Assembly (NCBI GenBank): GCA_963769935.1
Contig: CAVYNY010000013.1
Coordinates: 192,001 to 256,000 of the forward strand
From: an uncultured delta proteobacterium
GTDB taxonomy: Bacteria; Desulfobacterota; Desulfobacteria; Desulfobacterales; JAFDCJ01
Direction: 5' to 3'
Length of the DNA: 64,000 nucleotides
The translations under genes were made by a program, and so were the position numbers. Below are positions 27,505 through 38,216 of this stretch, piece after piece (position 1 is the first letter of the stretch; every line of letters starts with the position of its first letter). The notes below the pieces were generated by a model. The model was not told the DNA's origin. It worked only from the letters and a program-made list of their open reading frames with translations, and searched no databases.

Positions 27505-29265
27505 TCACCTCGGCACCGCTAGCAGCATCGCGTCGAGCAGGCGCTTCTCCTCGCTGCCCTTCGGGTAGAGCGCCGACGAGCGCATTGGCCAGGCGCAGGA
27601 AGTCCGGACCGCGGTCCTGCTCGGCCTTGATGAGCGCACGCAGCGCATTCGGTTCGGCCGCCGGCCTGGAGCAGCATGGCCGCGTGAACGCGGTCAAGCG
27701 TTGTCGCCTCCCGGGCGCGCGGTCAGGCTATCTATGGCAGAAGGCATCAATGCGCGAGTCTTGCCGCGGCCGCGACCGCGGACCTTAGGCGGCCTTGCTT
27801 TTTCAAGCTCGGGGAACAGCGTCCCTTGCAGCGGTCGTTTTGCAGCGCCGTCGTTTGTTCGAGTCCGATCGGCAGCGGCTTTCGCGCCCTCTTCACCGAA
27901 GAGTTGCTTCGCGCGCTCGGCGACCGGCAATAGACGCACGACACCCTTTTTCGGTTTCGATCACGCGGCTTTCCCATTTGGGCAGCTCAATCCCGAGCGG
28001 CTGGGCAAAGCGGCGAGCGACATCGAAGACAAGGCGTGAAGCCCTTGGCCTTGCCCCTTGGAGCGTCTCCTCCTCGTCTTCGTCGATCCCTTCTATCTCC
28101 CCATTCTCCTCTGCTGCACTTTTACCTTTTGCCTTTTTACTCTTGCCTTCGCCATTCCCGTCGGTGCTCTGGAGTGTCCAGAGAAAGAGAGCAGTGAGCC
28201 GCGCATCCTCTTCCACGGCGCCAGCCGCCCCGTTGCGTGCCTGGGCCTCGGCGGTACCGAGCACTTGCTCAAGCGCCATGCGACCGACAACCTCCCAGAC
28301 TTTGGCCAGATACTCGTCGAGCTTGACCTCGCGCCCCTCGGCGGTCTCGACCTTGTCGGTAGCGGCTGAAAATCTCGAGCGCCGGGCCGATGCAGGCAAA
28401 GACAAGGTCTGCGCCACGAACGCCCTCTCCCTGAAGCCGCTCCATCCAGTCGCCGACACGCTTCGGGCAGCTCGCGCAGCACATCGGCCCAGTCGCCGAC
28501 GGGGGCGCATCGTCAGGGCGTGGGCGGCAGATAAGGTGGACGCTGGTGGCGAGGGACGCCGATTCTCGCGCGCACGAACGCGCGTAGCCTAATTCTGTCG
28601 GCGATAGGCCAAGAGCCGGTAATGGTCCAGCCACCACGGATCATACCGGTCAACGAAGCGCTTCCCAGCCCTCGGTGGTCTTGTGAGCGAAGACGACGGA
28701 GCCTACACCATCATTCTTGAATACGCGACGACCTTCGGATACCTCTGCCATACCACTTTCAAAGTAAGAACGCGTATATTGGTATTGAGTCTGGGGCATT
28801 TTTTGTTGTTACGGTTAGTTCGTGAGTTTTAGGGCAAAGGCCTAACTTTTTGTCAAATTCCGGAAATCGCAATAATGGATATAGGAAATCGTACGCTTAA
28901 GCCATATATAGAAGAAATCTGAGAGATCTGCATACGCTACAGCGTCATAATACGGAGGATCTGTGAACCATACGCTTGCACAGTCACTTATGTAAGGAGC
29001 AATGCCGGGCATTCTCTCGGTTAACCTGACCTGGTAAATTTAGATTTTCTGGAGTCTCTCTGCAACCCTGGATCATCGTATTCAGGGTGGTTGAACAAAG
29101 TCGCCAGCCTGTTCCGCTAACAAGCTGGGCTCTGCAAAGTCCCACATGACAGGAAGATCGTGACGGGTGAATAAGTTTCGGACCTGCGTTTCTGGTGCTC
29201 TCCCACCTACAGCATGCATTACATATGTCCGTGAACCGGCTTAGGGCGAGGCCAGCAAATTCCCT
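27505..29265 (-). pseudogene. DUF1156-type adenine DNA methyltransferase, 5'-truncated and frameshifted
   Basis: [57 protein letters not shown], ending LLDAMLLAVPR*. Confidence 0.85.
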
Positions 29266-30022
29266 ACCCACACTGCGATCGATCTTGCCCGAGAAGAATT
29301 CTACTGCCTGGTCGATGACTTCGAGCAATCTTCCCATCATAAGGTTGCTGGGATGCGATGGGCTTACGTTTTTCCGTTCCATGGAAATGGAAGCAATGGA
29401 CTTGGGCGTTGTTGAAGAACCGGCGAGGATTCTTGCCGAAGAGAAGCATGGCTGCGTTGGTGGGTTGACCATCTCTCAATAGATCGAAGTTTTGCAGAAC
29501 AGCCTTCGGTGCGCGAGATCCTTTTGAGCTTCAGTCTTCCAGCAGCTTCGGCCATTTCAATAAAGGCTGAAACTTGAGAATTGTCGATATCGCGGAACGA
29601 TGCGCCGTCACACACGCTGTCATCAAACGGCATGGACCTGGAGCGCTCTATGATTCTCCAAGCACTCGACAAGACTGGCATAGACCTCGCGGATCAGACC
29701 GGGAATGTCAGAAAAACGGCGTCGGGTGACCTGTTGGCCTGCTCTGCTTACCAGTTTAGCCATATCAGATTCGCGCACTTTGTCGTCATTGCCTTTCACA
29801 AAGATCAGTCGTTCGCGATGGTTCTTTGGTAGCGTGTTCAAACTCCAATTCAGTCGGCGACTTGCCGTCCTCGCTCTTCCGTCCGTATTCGTTACCAAGA
29901 ATGGCCAAATAGATGTCACACTGTTGGACTTCGCTCAGATAGATAGCCAACCAGAAGGTGCAAGTATCATCCGTCTCAAAAACCTGTGATAAGTCTGACA
30001 TAACAAATTCTCCACAGGGCAT
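29265..30022 (-). pseudogene. DUF4062-domain / RecG-C-terminal-like ATP-binding protein fragment, frameshifted and truncated
   Basis: YLSEVQQCDIYLAILGNEYG...SPTELEF, PFDDSVC, PTNAAMLLFGKNPRRFF. Confidence 0.7.
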
Positions 30023-30201
30023 TCCTTTGATAGGAGAGTGGGGGCGGAAAGGGGATAGATTCCCCCCTTACCTATTATCCTATATCTTGCTGTTCAAATT
30101 CTCAAAATATGCGTCGAAAGGATTTCCTTTGCCTGCCAAAAATGTCCCCTCTTATCCCAGATTGGACTTTTTCGTGTGCACACTATATGCACCCCACAAA
30201 T

Positions 30202-30233
30202 AAAAAAGGATTTAGCATTCTTGCTAAATCCTT
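30202..30233 (-). terminator. Intrinsic terminator hairpin just 3' of the tRNA-Phe remnant
   Basis: AAGGATTTAGCA-TTCT-TGCTAAATCCTT, followed by a T-run on the minus strand. Confidence 0.75.
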
Positions 30234-30241
30234 GATTTTAT

Positions 30242-30294
30242 TGGTGCCGAGGGACAGAATCGAACTGCCGACACGGGGATTTTCAGTCCCCTGC
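30242..30294 (-). repeat. 3' 53 nt of tRNA-Phe(GAA), att-like copy 2
   Basis: Minus strand GCAGGGGACTGAAAATCCCCGTGTCGGCAGTTCGATTCTGTCCCTCGGCACCA: anticodon arm, T-arm and CCA intact; 5' acceptor strand and D-arm missing. Confidence 0.92.
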
Positions 30295-30308
30295 CCCCGC
30301 GTCTAATT

Positions 30309-30637
30309 CCTTATACCTTAAACCTAATCTGCATTACGCTCTGCTCTATGCCCGTCGTCTGTGCCGCGCAACTCGTACCCCGCTACCCGCACCCCGTATC
30401 CGAAAAAAATGACGATTGAATATTGACTAATTATGGAAGTCGCACCCGCAGCGCAGGCGCTTGCGCCGCCTGTTGCTCAGTCTTTTGATCATTTTTTAAA
30501 CAGATAGAATTCCTCCATTCGACATTCGTCATTCGACATTCGTCAATCCGTTCGTTCCCGCAAACCCGCCCTACTCTTCTTTCACCACTGTCTGCAGCTT
30601 CAAGCCGTATTTTTCGATTTTGGAATGCAAGGTGGGC
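30309..30637 (+). repeat. 329-bp direct repeat, copy A (includes an orphan 3' end of the NtrC-family gene)
   Basis: Identical by eye to 39678-40006 except for 3 substitutions. The minus strand encodes PTLHSKIEKYGLKLQTVVKEE*. Confidence 0.95.
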
Positions 30638-30821
30638 TTTGAGGAGGTGTGCAGCGAGCTATGGCCTTTTTTGATTGTGGATGAGCCTCCGGTGCGAATG
30701 CCTGATGTCTCAGCGATAAGTGATCCGGCCGATTCTCAATTTGACGTCCGAATTCAACTGGATTAGTTGGGTGGAATTTAATTTGTGCCATTCACAGACC
30801 GGTTCCATCCAGAATCCAAAA

Positions 30822-32000
30822 TCACGACGCTTCCAGAAACCGTCTCAACCGCTCCATGGCCGGTTCGAGGATGGACATGTCGGCGGCGTAGCAGAGCCGC
30901 AGGGATCCTTCGCCGCCGTTTCCGAAGGCCACACCGGGTGCCAGCGAGACCTTGGTCTCTTTGAGCAGGGATACCGCAAAAGAGAAGGAGTCTTGCAGAC
31001 CGTCGATTCTTGGAAACAAGTAAAATGCTCCTTCCGGCCGGGCAACCGATACCCCCTTGATGGTGCTCAAAGCCTGAAAGCAAAACTCGGCCCTCTCTCT
31101 CAAAGAGGCCACCATGGACTGCACGAAGGATTCACCCTGTCTCAGGGCAGCCTCGCCCGCGCGCTGGATCATGGAGGAGGCATGGGAGACAATGAACTCG
31201 TTGAGCTGAGTGGCCTTTTTGACCAAATCCGGCCGGGACACCACCCAGCCCAGCCTCCAGCCGGTCATGCAGTAACTCTTCGAAAATGATTGCACCACGA
31301 TGACGGCATCGTCCCGGGTGCACAGCCGCAGGATGGAAGGCGCCACCGGTCCGGCATAGTAGGTCCGTTCATAGACTTCGTCGGCCAGCAGCCACAATCG
31401 GTGACGACGGCAGAATTCCAACAGCGTTTGCTGATCCGACGGCCGGGCCACCCACCCGAGCGGATTGGAGGGTGAGGCATAGACCAGCAGCCTGGTTTTC
31501 GGAGTAACGGCCGCCTCCAGCGCGCGCATGTCAATGTCGTATCGATTAATGCTCCAGGTATAGGGAATTTCTCGCGGCGTTCCGTTGCAGAGTCCGACGA
31601 TGGCCGAACCGTTAGGCCAGTTGGGCGTGAGCACGATGGCTTCATCGCCCGGGTCCATCACGCATCGAGTAGCCACATTGAGTGCCTGGACTCCGGAGGC
31701 CGTGACCACGATTTCACGGCGGGGATCCAGTCGGACTTGATGAAGCTCGTCATATTTCTCGGCAATGGCTTGCCGCAGGCCGGGAAGCCCGGCATTTTCG
31801 GTGTAAAACGTGTATCCGTCCTTCATGGCCTGCATGGCCGCTTCCTTGATGAAATCGGGGGTGGGCAGGTTGGACTCACCGAAATGCAGACGCAGCACGC
31901 CCTCCATGCCGAAGGCCACATCCGCCAGTTCCCGAATGCGCGAAGGCATCACCCGGGACAAGCTGGATGCGAGTGGGATTGAACTCGTTGAATCCTTCAT
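30822..32000 (-). CDS. PLP-dependent aminotransferase class I/II (aspartate aminotransferase-like)
   Basis: YTENAGLPGLR, SPSNPLG, ADEVY, SFSKSYCMTGWRLG, PEGAFYLF. Confidence 0.95.
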   Translation of the reverse strand: MKDSTSSIPLASSLSRVMPSRIRELADVAFGMEGVLRLHFGESNLPTPDFIKEAAMQAMKDGYTFYTENAGLPGLRQAIAEKYDELHQVRLDPRREIVVTASGVQALNVATRCVMDPGDEAIVLTPNWPNGSAIVGLCNGTPREIPYTWSINRYDIDMRALEAAVTPKTRLLVYASPSNPLGWVARPSDQQTLLEFCRRHRLWLLADEVYERTYYAGPVAPSILRLCTRDDAVIVVQSFSKSYCMTGWRLGWVVSRPDLVKKATQLNEFIVSHASSMIQRAGEAALRQGESFVQSMVASLRERAEFCFQALSTIKGVSVARPEGAFYLFPRIDGLQDSFSFAVSLLKETKVSLAPGVAFGNGGEGSLRLCYAADMSILEPAMERLRRFLEAS

Positions 32001-32383
32001 GTCTTGGTTTCCTTACCATTTCAAATTTTAGGCATTTTAGCTCATTTTCTTCAGCCACATGCCTCGGCATTTCCGGAAGAACTACCAGTTCACTTCTCGC
32101 TGCTCGAATATGCCCTGCGAGCTCTATCCACTCCCGTTCCAGTCAGTCCGGATCATACAACGTTAATCCATCGGAAACCTGCTTTTAAAAAATCCGGCTC
32201 CGGGCAAACCCGTGAACTATACCTGAATTTACGTAAGTTGTGAATTATACGTCAAAAAATCAATGTTGAAAATAATGCCAGCTTTCATTATCCGGATCGT
32301 GATTTGTTCCGATCTTTTTTGTATAATTTTCCATCCAGGTCCCCACTGTCGTCGGGGGGGGAGGCTTGCTTCATTTTTGATGG

Positions 32384-33880
32384 TCAGTGCACAGCAGCAT
32401 ACATGATTTCTTCTTCGGTCGTTTCAGCCGGTGAAAGCTCTTCGACAATCCGGCCTTGCCGGCAGACGAGTATCCGGTCAGAGAGGCTCATGATTTCCGG
32501 CAGATGGGAAGAAATAACTACCACCGCAATCCCCTTATCGGCAAGTTTATGGATCAGCTGGTGTATCTCTCCAATAGTCCCGACATCGACACCATGGGTG
32601 GGCTCGTCAAAGATGATGATGCGCGGCCCCTGTGCCAGTCCTTTTGCGATCACCGTCTTTTGCTGATTGCCGCCGGACAGTTCGACAACGTTTGCATTGT
32701 TATCAATAGTCTTGATGTTCAACTCCTTGATCCATTGTCCCGCAAGCTTTTGGATGTCCTTTACCCGGATGATCCGGCCATTTTCACGTCCGGAAGCCAG
32801 GAGTCCCGCAAAAATGTTTTCACCAATTGTCATTGTCTCGAAAATCCCTTCGGTCTTGCGGTTTTCTGTGACATACACAATGCCGTCGCGAATCGCCTCA
32901 TGCGGGGTGTAGTACCGCACAGGCTTGTCATTAAGTTCGATTACCCCGCCCCGCAGGAAGTCGCGCTTATTGATGCCGGAGATAACCTTGAATGTCTCAG
33001 TCCGACCAGACCCGACCAGCCCGAATACACCTGTGATCTGGCCCTCGAAGACGGAAAACGAATTGTTGCGTACCATATTGCCCATCGAGATATCCCGGAC
33101 CGAAAGAACTTTTTTGCCAGGGTTCCGTGTTTCGGCTTTACTGCGATGCCGGTAAAGTTCTTCGGACAATGTGCGTCCGACCATGGCCGAGATGATTTTC
33201 TCGCGATTAAACTGCGTGGTATCGTCTGTGGCCACCAATTCGCCGTCTCGCAAAATAGTGATCCGGTCTGAATTCTCCAACGCCTCCTCCAGCGCATGCG
33301 AGATGAAGATGATTGAAACGCCGTTCCCCTTCAACCGACGCAGCAACGCAAAGAAATGGCGTTTTTCTTCGGGCGTTAGGCTTGACGTCGGCTCGTCAAA
33401 GATTATGACTTCGGCGTTGTGCTGCACAGCGCGGGCGACCTCCACCATCTGCTGTTTGGCAGCACCAAGTGTTGCTACCATTGCAGTGGGGTCGACTGAA
33501 AAATCCAGGGATTGCAAAAACTGTTGCGCTGAAATGTGAATTCCGCGCAGTCGGTTCAGAAAATTTTCGGAGCCAAGATAAAGATTTTGGGCAACTGTCA
33601 TGGACGGTACCAGGCTGGTTTCCTGAAACACCATTGCAATACCTGCATTCAAGGCTTCGTACGGCGAGGTGAAACTAACCTTGCGGCCATGAAAGATCAT
33701 CTTGCCTGCATTTGCTTGGACCACCCCGGCCATAATTTTGGTCAGGGTAGACTTACCTGATCCGTTTTCGCCGAGCAGGGCATGGATCTCCCCCTTGCGC
33801 AAGTCAAAATCAATATCCTTGATAGCTATAACACCTTGATAGGACTTGGTTACGCCCTCCATCCTGATGATAGAGTTCAT
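32384..33880 (-). CDS. Sugar ABC transporter ATP-binding protein (RbsA-type, tandem NBD)
   Basis: GENGSGKSTL, FDEPTSSL, LSGGNQQK, DEPTHGVDVG. Confidence 0.95.
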   Translation of the reverse strand: MNSIIRMEGVTKSYQGVIAIKDIDFDLRKGEIHALLGENGSGKSTLTKIMAGVVQANAGKMIFHGRKVSFTSPYEALNAGIAMVFQETSLVPSMTVAQNLYLGSENFLNRLRGIHISAQQFLQSLDFSVDPTAMVATLGAAKQQMVEVARAVQHNAEVIIFDEPTSSLTPEEKRHFFALLRRLKGNGVSIIFISHALEEALENSDRITILRDGELVATDDTTQFNREKIISAMVGRTLSEELYRHRSKAETRNPGKKVLSVRDISMGNMVRNNSFSVFEGQITGVFGLVGSGRTETFKVISGINKRDFLRGGVIELNDKPVRYYTPHEAIRDGIVYVTENRKTEGIFETMTIGENIFAGLLASGRENGRIIRVKDIQKLAGQWIKELNIKTIDNNANVVELSGGNQQKTVIAKGLAQGPRIIIFDEPTHGVDVGTIGEIHQLIHKLADKGIAVVVISSHLPEIMSLSDRILVCRQGRIVEELSPAETTEEEIMYAAVH

Positions 33881-34938
33881 TGGCTTCCTCCTGCATCGAT
33901 GACACTTATGGAAAGAATGCAGTTATCACCCCTGGCCGCAACGAAAAGCCGATTATCTTTCTCAATAACACTGCATGTGCCGTGGCGTGTTCCGCTCGCA
34001 CGGCTGTGAAAACTACCTGTAGGTACCATCGAGGCATCCAGGCGAACCACCATGCCATAGGATCTGCCAGGTGCCCAGGGCTTGTGGATACCCATCGCCT
34101 TAATGCTGCCGAATTGCAACGGTTCAAGAAAGCTGTGACCGGAGGATAACGCGGGCGCAGTCCAAAAATCACGTGGCACACTAGCCATCATGTCAAAGCG
34201 GTAATGCGTTTCTTGCAGCACAAACTCCACCAACCGGTTGCGCGGTGCGAACACTGCCAGCCAAGCACCACCATCCGGCGCAGGAGATAATCGGGAAGGA
34301 TACCCTGGAATATGATTGAGCACCATCTTGGGAACTCCGGTTTTGCGGTCAATTCTAACAAGCCTGTGGCGCCAGCTTTCGCTTACAACAACGCCATTAT
34401 TGTCGGCAAGCAATCCGTATGGAAACGCCAATTTATCCGCAATAAGGCGGAAACTTTGCGCCCCTGGGTCACACTTCCAGACTGAGCCTGCTACGTTTTT
34501 CTCCATTAAATCAGCAACCCATGCCGACGGTGAGTGATGGGTGGAGCCATTGGCCATCCACAGGCTGCCATCCGGCGCAAAACTCAACGCGGTAATGCAT
34601 TTCACGGAAGGTGGAAGTGCTGCTTGCTGGCCGGCAATCAGTAAATCGCCACTTTCAAGGCCAATTGCCAATTCATTTTTAGCAGAAACCGCAATGGCGG
34701 TGATTTCAGCAGGATAGCTTTGTAACTCTGTCGCGTGTCCGCCCTCATCAAGGGCATAAAGAATTTTACCACTGCTGGCGATTACTCGATGGTCTAAAAC
34801 TGCAAGATTGTCAGCACTAGACAATTTTGCAAATAACGCCGCCTCCTCAAGTGTGTTGTCGGCACGAAACGCGCCGTCCAATGGTGGAATCGTTATGGCT
34901 TTACCACGGAAAAAGTCGAGTATAGGTTCAAATATCAT
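33877..34938 (-). CDS. Strictosidine-synthase/SMP-30-like beta-propeller protein
   Basis: LAFPYGL, VVSESWRHRL, IPGYPSRL; paralogous in style to the C-terminal domain of the adjacent fusion protein. Confidence 0.75.
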   Translation of the reverse strand: MIFEPILDFFRGKAITIPPLDGAFRADNTLEEAALFAKLSSADNLAVLDHRVIASSGKILYALDEGGHATELQSYPAEITAIAVSAKNELAIGLESGDLLIAGQQAALPPSVKCITALSFAPDGSLWMANGSTHHSPSAWVADLMEKNVAGSVWKCDPGAQSFRLIADKLAFPYGLLADNNGVVVSESWRHRLVRIDRKTGVPKMVLNHIPGYPSRLSPAPDGGAWLAVFAPRNRLVEFVLQETHYRFDMMASVPRDFWTAPALSSGHSFLEPLQFGSIKAMGIHKPWAPGRSYGMVVRLDASMVPTGSFHSRASGTRHGTCSVIEKDNRLFVAARGDNCILSISVIDAGGSQ

Positions 34939-37058
34939 GACTTTGGCCCCCAGTATGCATCCATTGCGGTCCAGTTCTCATCGGCACCGTCGAGCTTGAA
35001 ACGTCCAATACGGTTGTTGAAAATACCACCGATGAAGAGATATCCTTTGTGTTCGCGCATGGAGGTAACCGACGGATGAGCACCGCCCGTAAGATCGCCC
35101 ATGGTCCTGACAATGTTGAAATTTTCATCAAATTGAACAACGCCGCCGGTGTTGACGTTTGGGAATAACCACTCGTCTCGCGGCAAACGACGTGTCATGC
35201 GTTTACGCATCGCCGGATGTTGCAAGGAAAGATCGAAACTTGGAGTGCGCATTCCCAGCCAAGCCACCCAATAGGTGCCGCCGGACCCACGGTTGATGTT
35301 GTCGGGGTAGCCCGGCATAGCGTGAATAACACACTCTGCGGTTCCGGCTTTGGGGCCTTCCAGCCAATACCGATGGATGCTGCAAGCCCAAGTTTCGTTG
35401 AAAAACAGCGACTTATTATCGTGTGCCATGCAAACGCCATTGGTATAACGATAACCGTCCAGCAAAGTTTTTGTTGATCCGTCTTTTGGATCATAGACAA
35501 GCAGTCGCCCGGTACCACGGTTCTCAATCGAATCAATCATCCAATCAAAGGCATTATAGCGTTTTGTGGAGTCGGTGAAATAGATACGACCATCCGGTGC
35601 AATATCCAGATCGTTGGGGTCGCGCAATATTGCGTCGTCGATGACAGAGGTCAGTGATCTTCTGGTTTCTGCTGTCAGTTTCGTCACCACCCGATCTGGA
35701 GATATTAAATAGAGGCCCATGGCACCGACACAAGTCACAAGGTTTCCCGTGCGGTCAAATGCCAGACCGAGCGGGAACCCTCCGACGTGGACGAAAACCT
35801 CTGACTTGGCATAGTCGGGTGCGAAGAAACGGACGATTTCACCGTGCCGTGTACCGCAATAAAGGTTGTCACCACGGTCAAGGATGACGTCCTCGGGGCC
35901 TTCTATTTCCTTTAATCCGATACTTTCAGCTCCCGACAGATCATTGTTCAGCTCGAACGGTGTGCCCGAGCCGGGCGCCGCAGACCTGGCCGCTTCCATT
36001 TTCAAATAGACCGGCACGACATACGTCTCTTCAAGAACTTTATGTCGGTTCTTAAGCCAGCGAATATCGATGGTGACGGCTACAGCAAGCAGGATACCAA
36101 TCACCATCTGATTGGTGCCGGTGCCAAAGCCCAACTGGATCAGACCGTTTGCCATCACAAGAACAATGATGGCCCCCATCAGTCCTTTGACGACAGAACC
36201 CCGCCCACCGCCCAGACTGACGCCGCCAACCACCGCGGCGGCCAGCGCAAGAATTTCGAGACCGTGACCAGTACCTATTCCAGCAGCGCCCAGGCGCGTA
36301 GCAAAAAGAAAGCCCGCAATGCTCGCAGTCAGGCCGGAGAAGACATAGGTCAGGAAGACTACCCGCCGCACCTGAATACCTGCGTTGTAAGCCGAGCGAC
36401 GCGAGCCGCCAACGGCCAGCACATGCCAGCCCGGTCGCGACCGGGTGAGTGCGATGTGCGTAATTACTGCCACTACAATTGCGGTCAGAGCCGGAATAGA
36501 AATACCTAAAACCGTTCCATCTCCGATAAAATCCCAGATGCCGGATGATACCTGGGACATTTGAACTCGCGAGGCATACTTCACGATCAGAATTTCAAAA
36601 AGTGCGCGTCCGATTATGAGAGTCACCAGCGTTGTCAGAAAGGCGCGCAGACGCACGTAGCCGATGAGATAGCCGTTCACAGAACCAAAGATCAGGCCCG
36701 TGGCGGCTGCCACCATAAGGGCCACCCAGACAGGCATACCGAAAATAAAAAAAGTCGAGAGTGCAAAGAAAGCAGAAAGCGCAAAGATTGCGCCGACCGC
36801 AAGGTCGATGCCGCCGCCGAGCATCACCACCGTCACGCCGATCACAACCAAGCTGAACTCACCAAGTTCGCGCGTGGATTCTTGAAGTGAATAGAGGCTG
36901 AAAAAACCCGGTATTGCAGTGCCGAAAGCTGCCACCGTAACGATCAGGGTTGCGAATGGGATTGCATTGTCAGTCCAGCGTTTCGTCAGAACCTCGCCGA
37001 TGATGTGATAGGGCACAAGGTTATAGCGCCAGACCTTAAGTCGCTCGTGAAAATTCAT
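34935..37058 (-). CDS. RbsC-type ABC permease fused to an SMP-30/gluconolactonase/strictosidine-synthase domain (start MNFHERL)
   Basis: GGIDLAVG, AVVGGVSLGGGRGS, then GPEDVILD, PNDLDIAPDGRIYFTDS, NGVCM, PGYPDNI. Confidence 0.92.
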   Translation of the reverse strand: MNFHERLKVWRYNLVPYHIIGEVLTKRWTDNAIPFATLIVTVAAFGTAIPGFFSLYSLQESTRELGEFSLVVIGVTVVMLGGGIDLAVGAIFALSAFFALSTFFIFGMPVWVALMVAAATGLIFGSVNGYLIGYVRLRAFLTTLVTLIIGRALFEILIVKYASRVQMSQVSSGIWDFIGDGTVLGISIPALTAIVVAVITHIALTRSRPGWHVLAVGGSRRSAYNAGIQVRRVVFLTYVFSGLTASIAGFLFATRLGAAGIGTGHGLEILALAAAVVGGVSLGGGRGSVVKGLMGAIIVLVMANGLIQLGFGTGTNQMVIGILLAVAVTIDIRWLKNRHKVLEETYVVPVYLKMEAARSAAPGSGTPFELNNDLSGAESIGLKEIEGPEDVILDRGDNLYCGTRHGEIVRFFAPDYAKSEVFVHVGGFPLGLAFDRTGNLVTCVGAMGLYLISPDRVVTKLTAETRRSLTSVIDDAILRDPNDLDIAPDGRIYFTDSTKRYNAFDWMIDSIENRGTGRLLVYDPKDGSTKTLLDGYRYTNGVCMAHDNKSLFFNETWACSIHRYWLEGPKAGTAECVIHAMPGYPDNINRGSGGTYWVAWLGMRTPSFDLSLQHPAMRKRMTRRLPRDEWLFPNVNTGGVVQFDENFNIVRTMGDLTGGAHPSVTSMREHKGYLFIGGIFNNRIGRFKLDGADENWTAMDAYWGPKS

Positions 37059-37141
37059 TTTGTGGTGTCCTGATCCGGATATATTAAGCAAAAGGGAGGC
37101 CGGAATTTACCGCCTCCCATTATAAAGCACACAATCGTCGC

Positions 37142-38158
37142 TTATTTGACAGATGCCTTCTCGGCCTCTAGATCCCAGCAAGTGCCGGACCCCAAGTTTT
37201 CTTTGGTCACTGTCTGCAACACCGTGTAGATATAGGGATGCGCTGTTCCCGGAGGTTGGCTGCTTTGCAGCAAATATTTGATCATCGCCAGCACGATCTT
37301 AGCCTCGTCCAAGCAATTTTCCATCACGACTGCATGGAAGTCGCCGCTCTTGATCTTATCGCAAGCGGCTTTCTGTTCACCGCCACTATTGGCGATCAGG
37401 GCAACCTTGTCCGTCTTCCCGGCGTCGCGGATTGCAGCGGCGGCCCCGGTTGCATCACCGTCCCAAAAGTCAATGATTGCGCAAATGTTGGGGTGTTGCT
37501 GCAGCATTGTTGCGGTGACATTGCGCGAAGTGGTCGCATCCCAGTTTGAATCCGGCTTGGCGACAACTTTGTACTCCGGATGTTTATTCAGAACTTCCAT
37601 GATACCGTCATACTGGTAAAGGCTGGTCGCGTTCGTTTGATCGCCCTGTACCAGACCGATCTCTTTCGACGAATTTTCGCCGCACATCCTCATTGCTTCC
37701 AGAGCTTCATACCGGCCCGCTTCGGCCCAATCCTCACCCACATAAACGTCAGCCTTGAAATTAGCAGGGTTGTCGATGAGGATAACGTAGATTCCGGCTT
37801 TCTGGGCCTTCTCCATAAGCTTGGAGTAAGAGTTCAAGTCCGGCGGCATGACGATCAGTACAGCAGGTTTAGGCTGTGATGCGATGGCTTGGCTAATGGC
37901 CTGCGCCCCGGCTGCGACATCCCAGTTTGGGTCCCGGGTCTCAAATACGGCACCGACTTTGCCGAGCTCACGCTTGAGGTATGTGGCCCAGCCTTGTGCC
38001 AAATCGAAGCCCATGGCCAAGGGCACCATCACTACGCGCTTGCCGTTAAGCGCCTTTTGATAGGCGATTGAACCGGGATCTGCTGCCGTTGCCCCAAGAG
38101 CCGTCGATGCGACGGTTACAAACACTGCTACAGCCAAGAACGCCTTCAGAGATTTCAT
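37142..38158 (-). CDS. Sugar ABC transporter periplasmic binding protein (RbsB/LacI fold; start MKSLKAF)
   Basis: Signal peptide, AGIYVILID, NWDATTS, MLQQHPNI; AGGAGG RBS. Confidence 0.9.
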   Translation of the reverse strand: MKSLKAFLAVAVFVTVASTALGATAADPGSIAYQKALNGKRVVMVPLAMGFDLAQGWATYLKRELGKVGAVFETRDPNWDVAAGAQAISQAIASQPKPAVLIVMPPDLNSYSKLMEKAQKAGIYVILIDNPANFKADVYVGEDWAEAGRYEALEAMRMCGENSSKEIGLVQGDQTNATSLYQYDGIMEVLNKHPEYKVVAKPDSNWDATTSRNVTATMLQQHPNICAIIDFWDGDATGAAAAIRDAGKTDKVALIANSGGEQKAACDKIKSGDFHAVVMENCLDEAKIVLAMIKYLLQSSQPPGTAHPYIYTVLQTVTKENLGSGTCWDLEAEKASVK

Positions 38159-38216
38159 AGTGTTATCCTCCTTTAGTGTTAGTTGAAATCCTTCTTTTAC
38201 GTCGTGGAATTGTTGT

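Noticed and set aside
30242..30320. Functional tRNA-Phe gene
   Set aside because: The D-arm and 5' acceptor strand (GCCGAGG) are missing in all three copies, so they are treated as att-like remnants.
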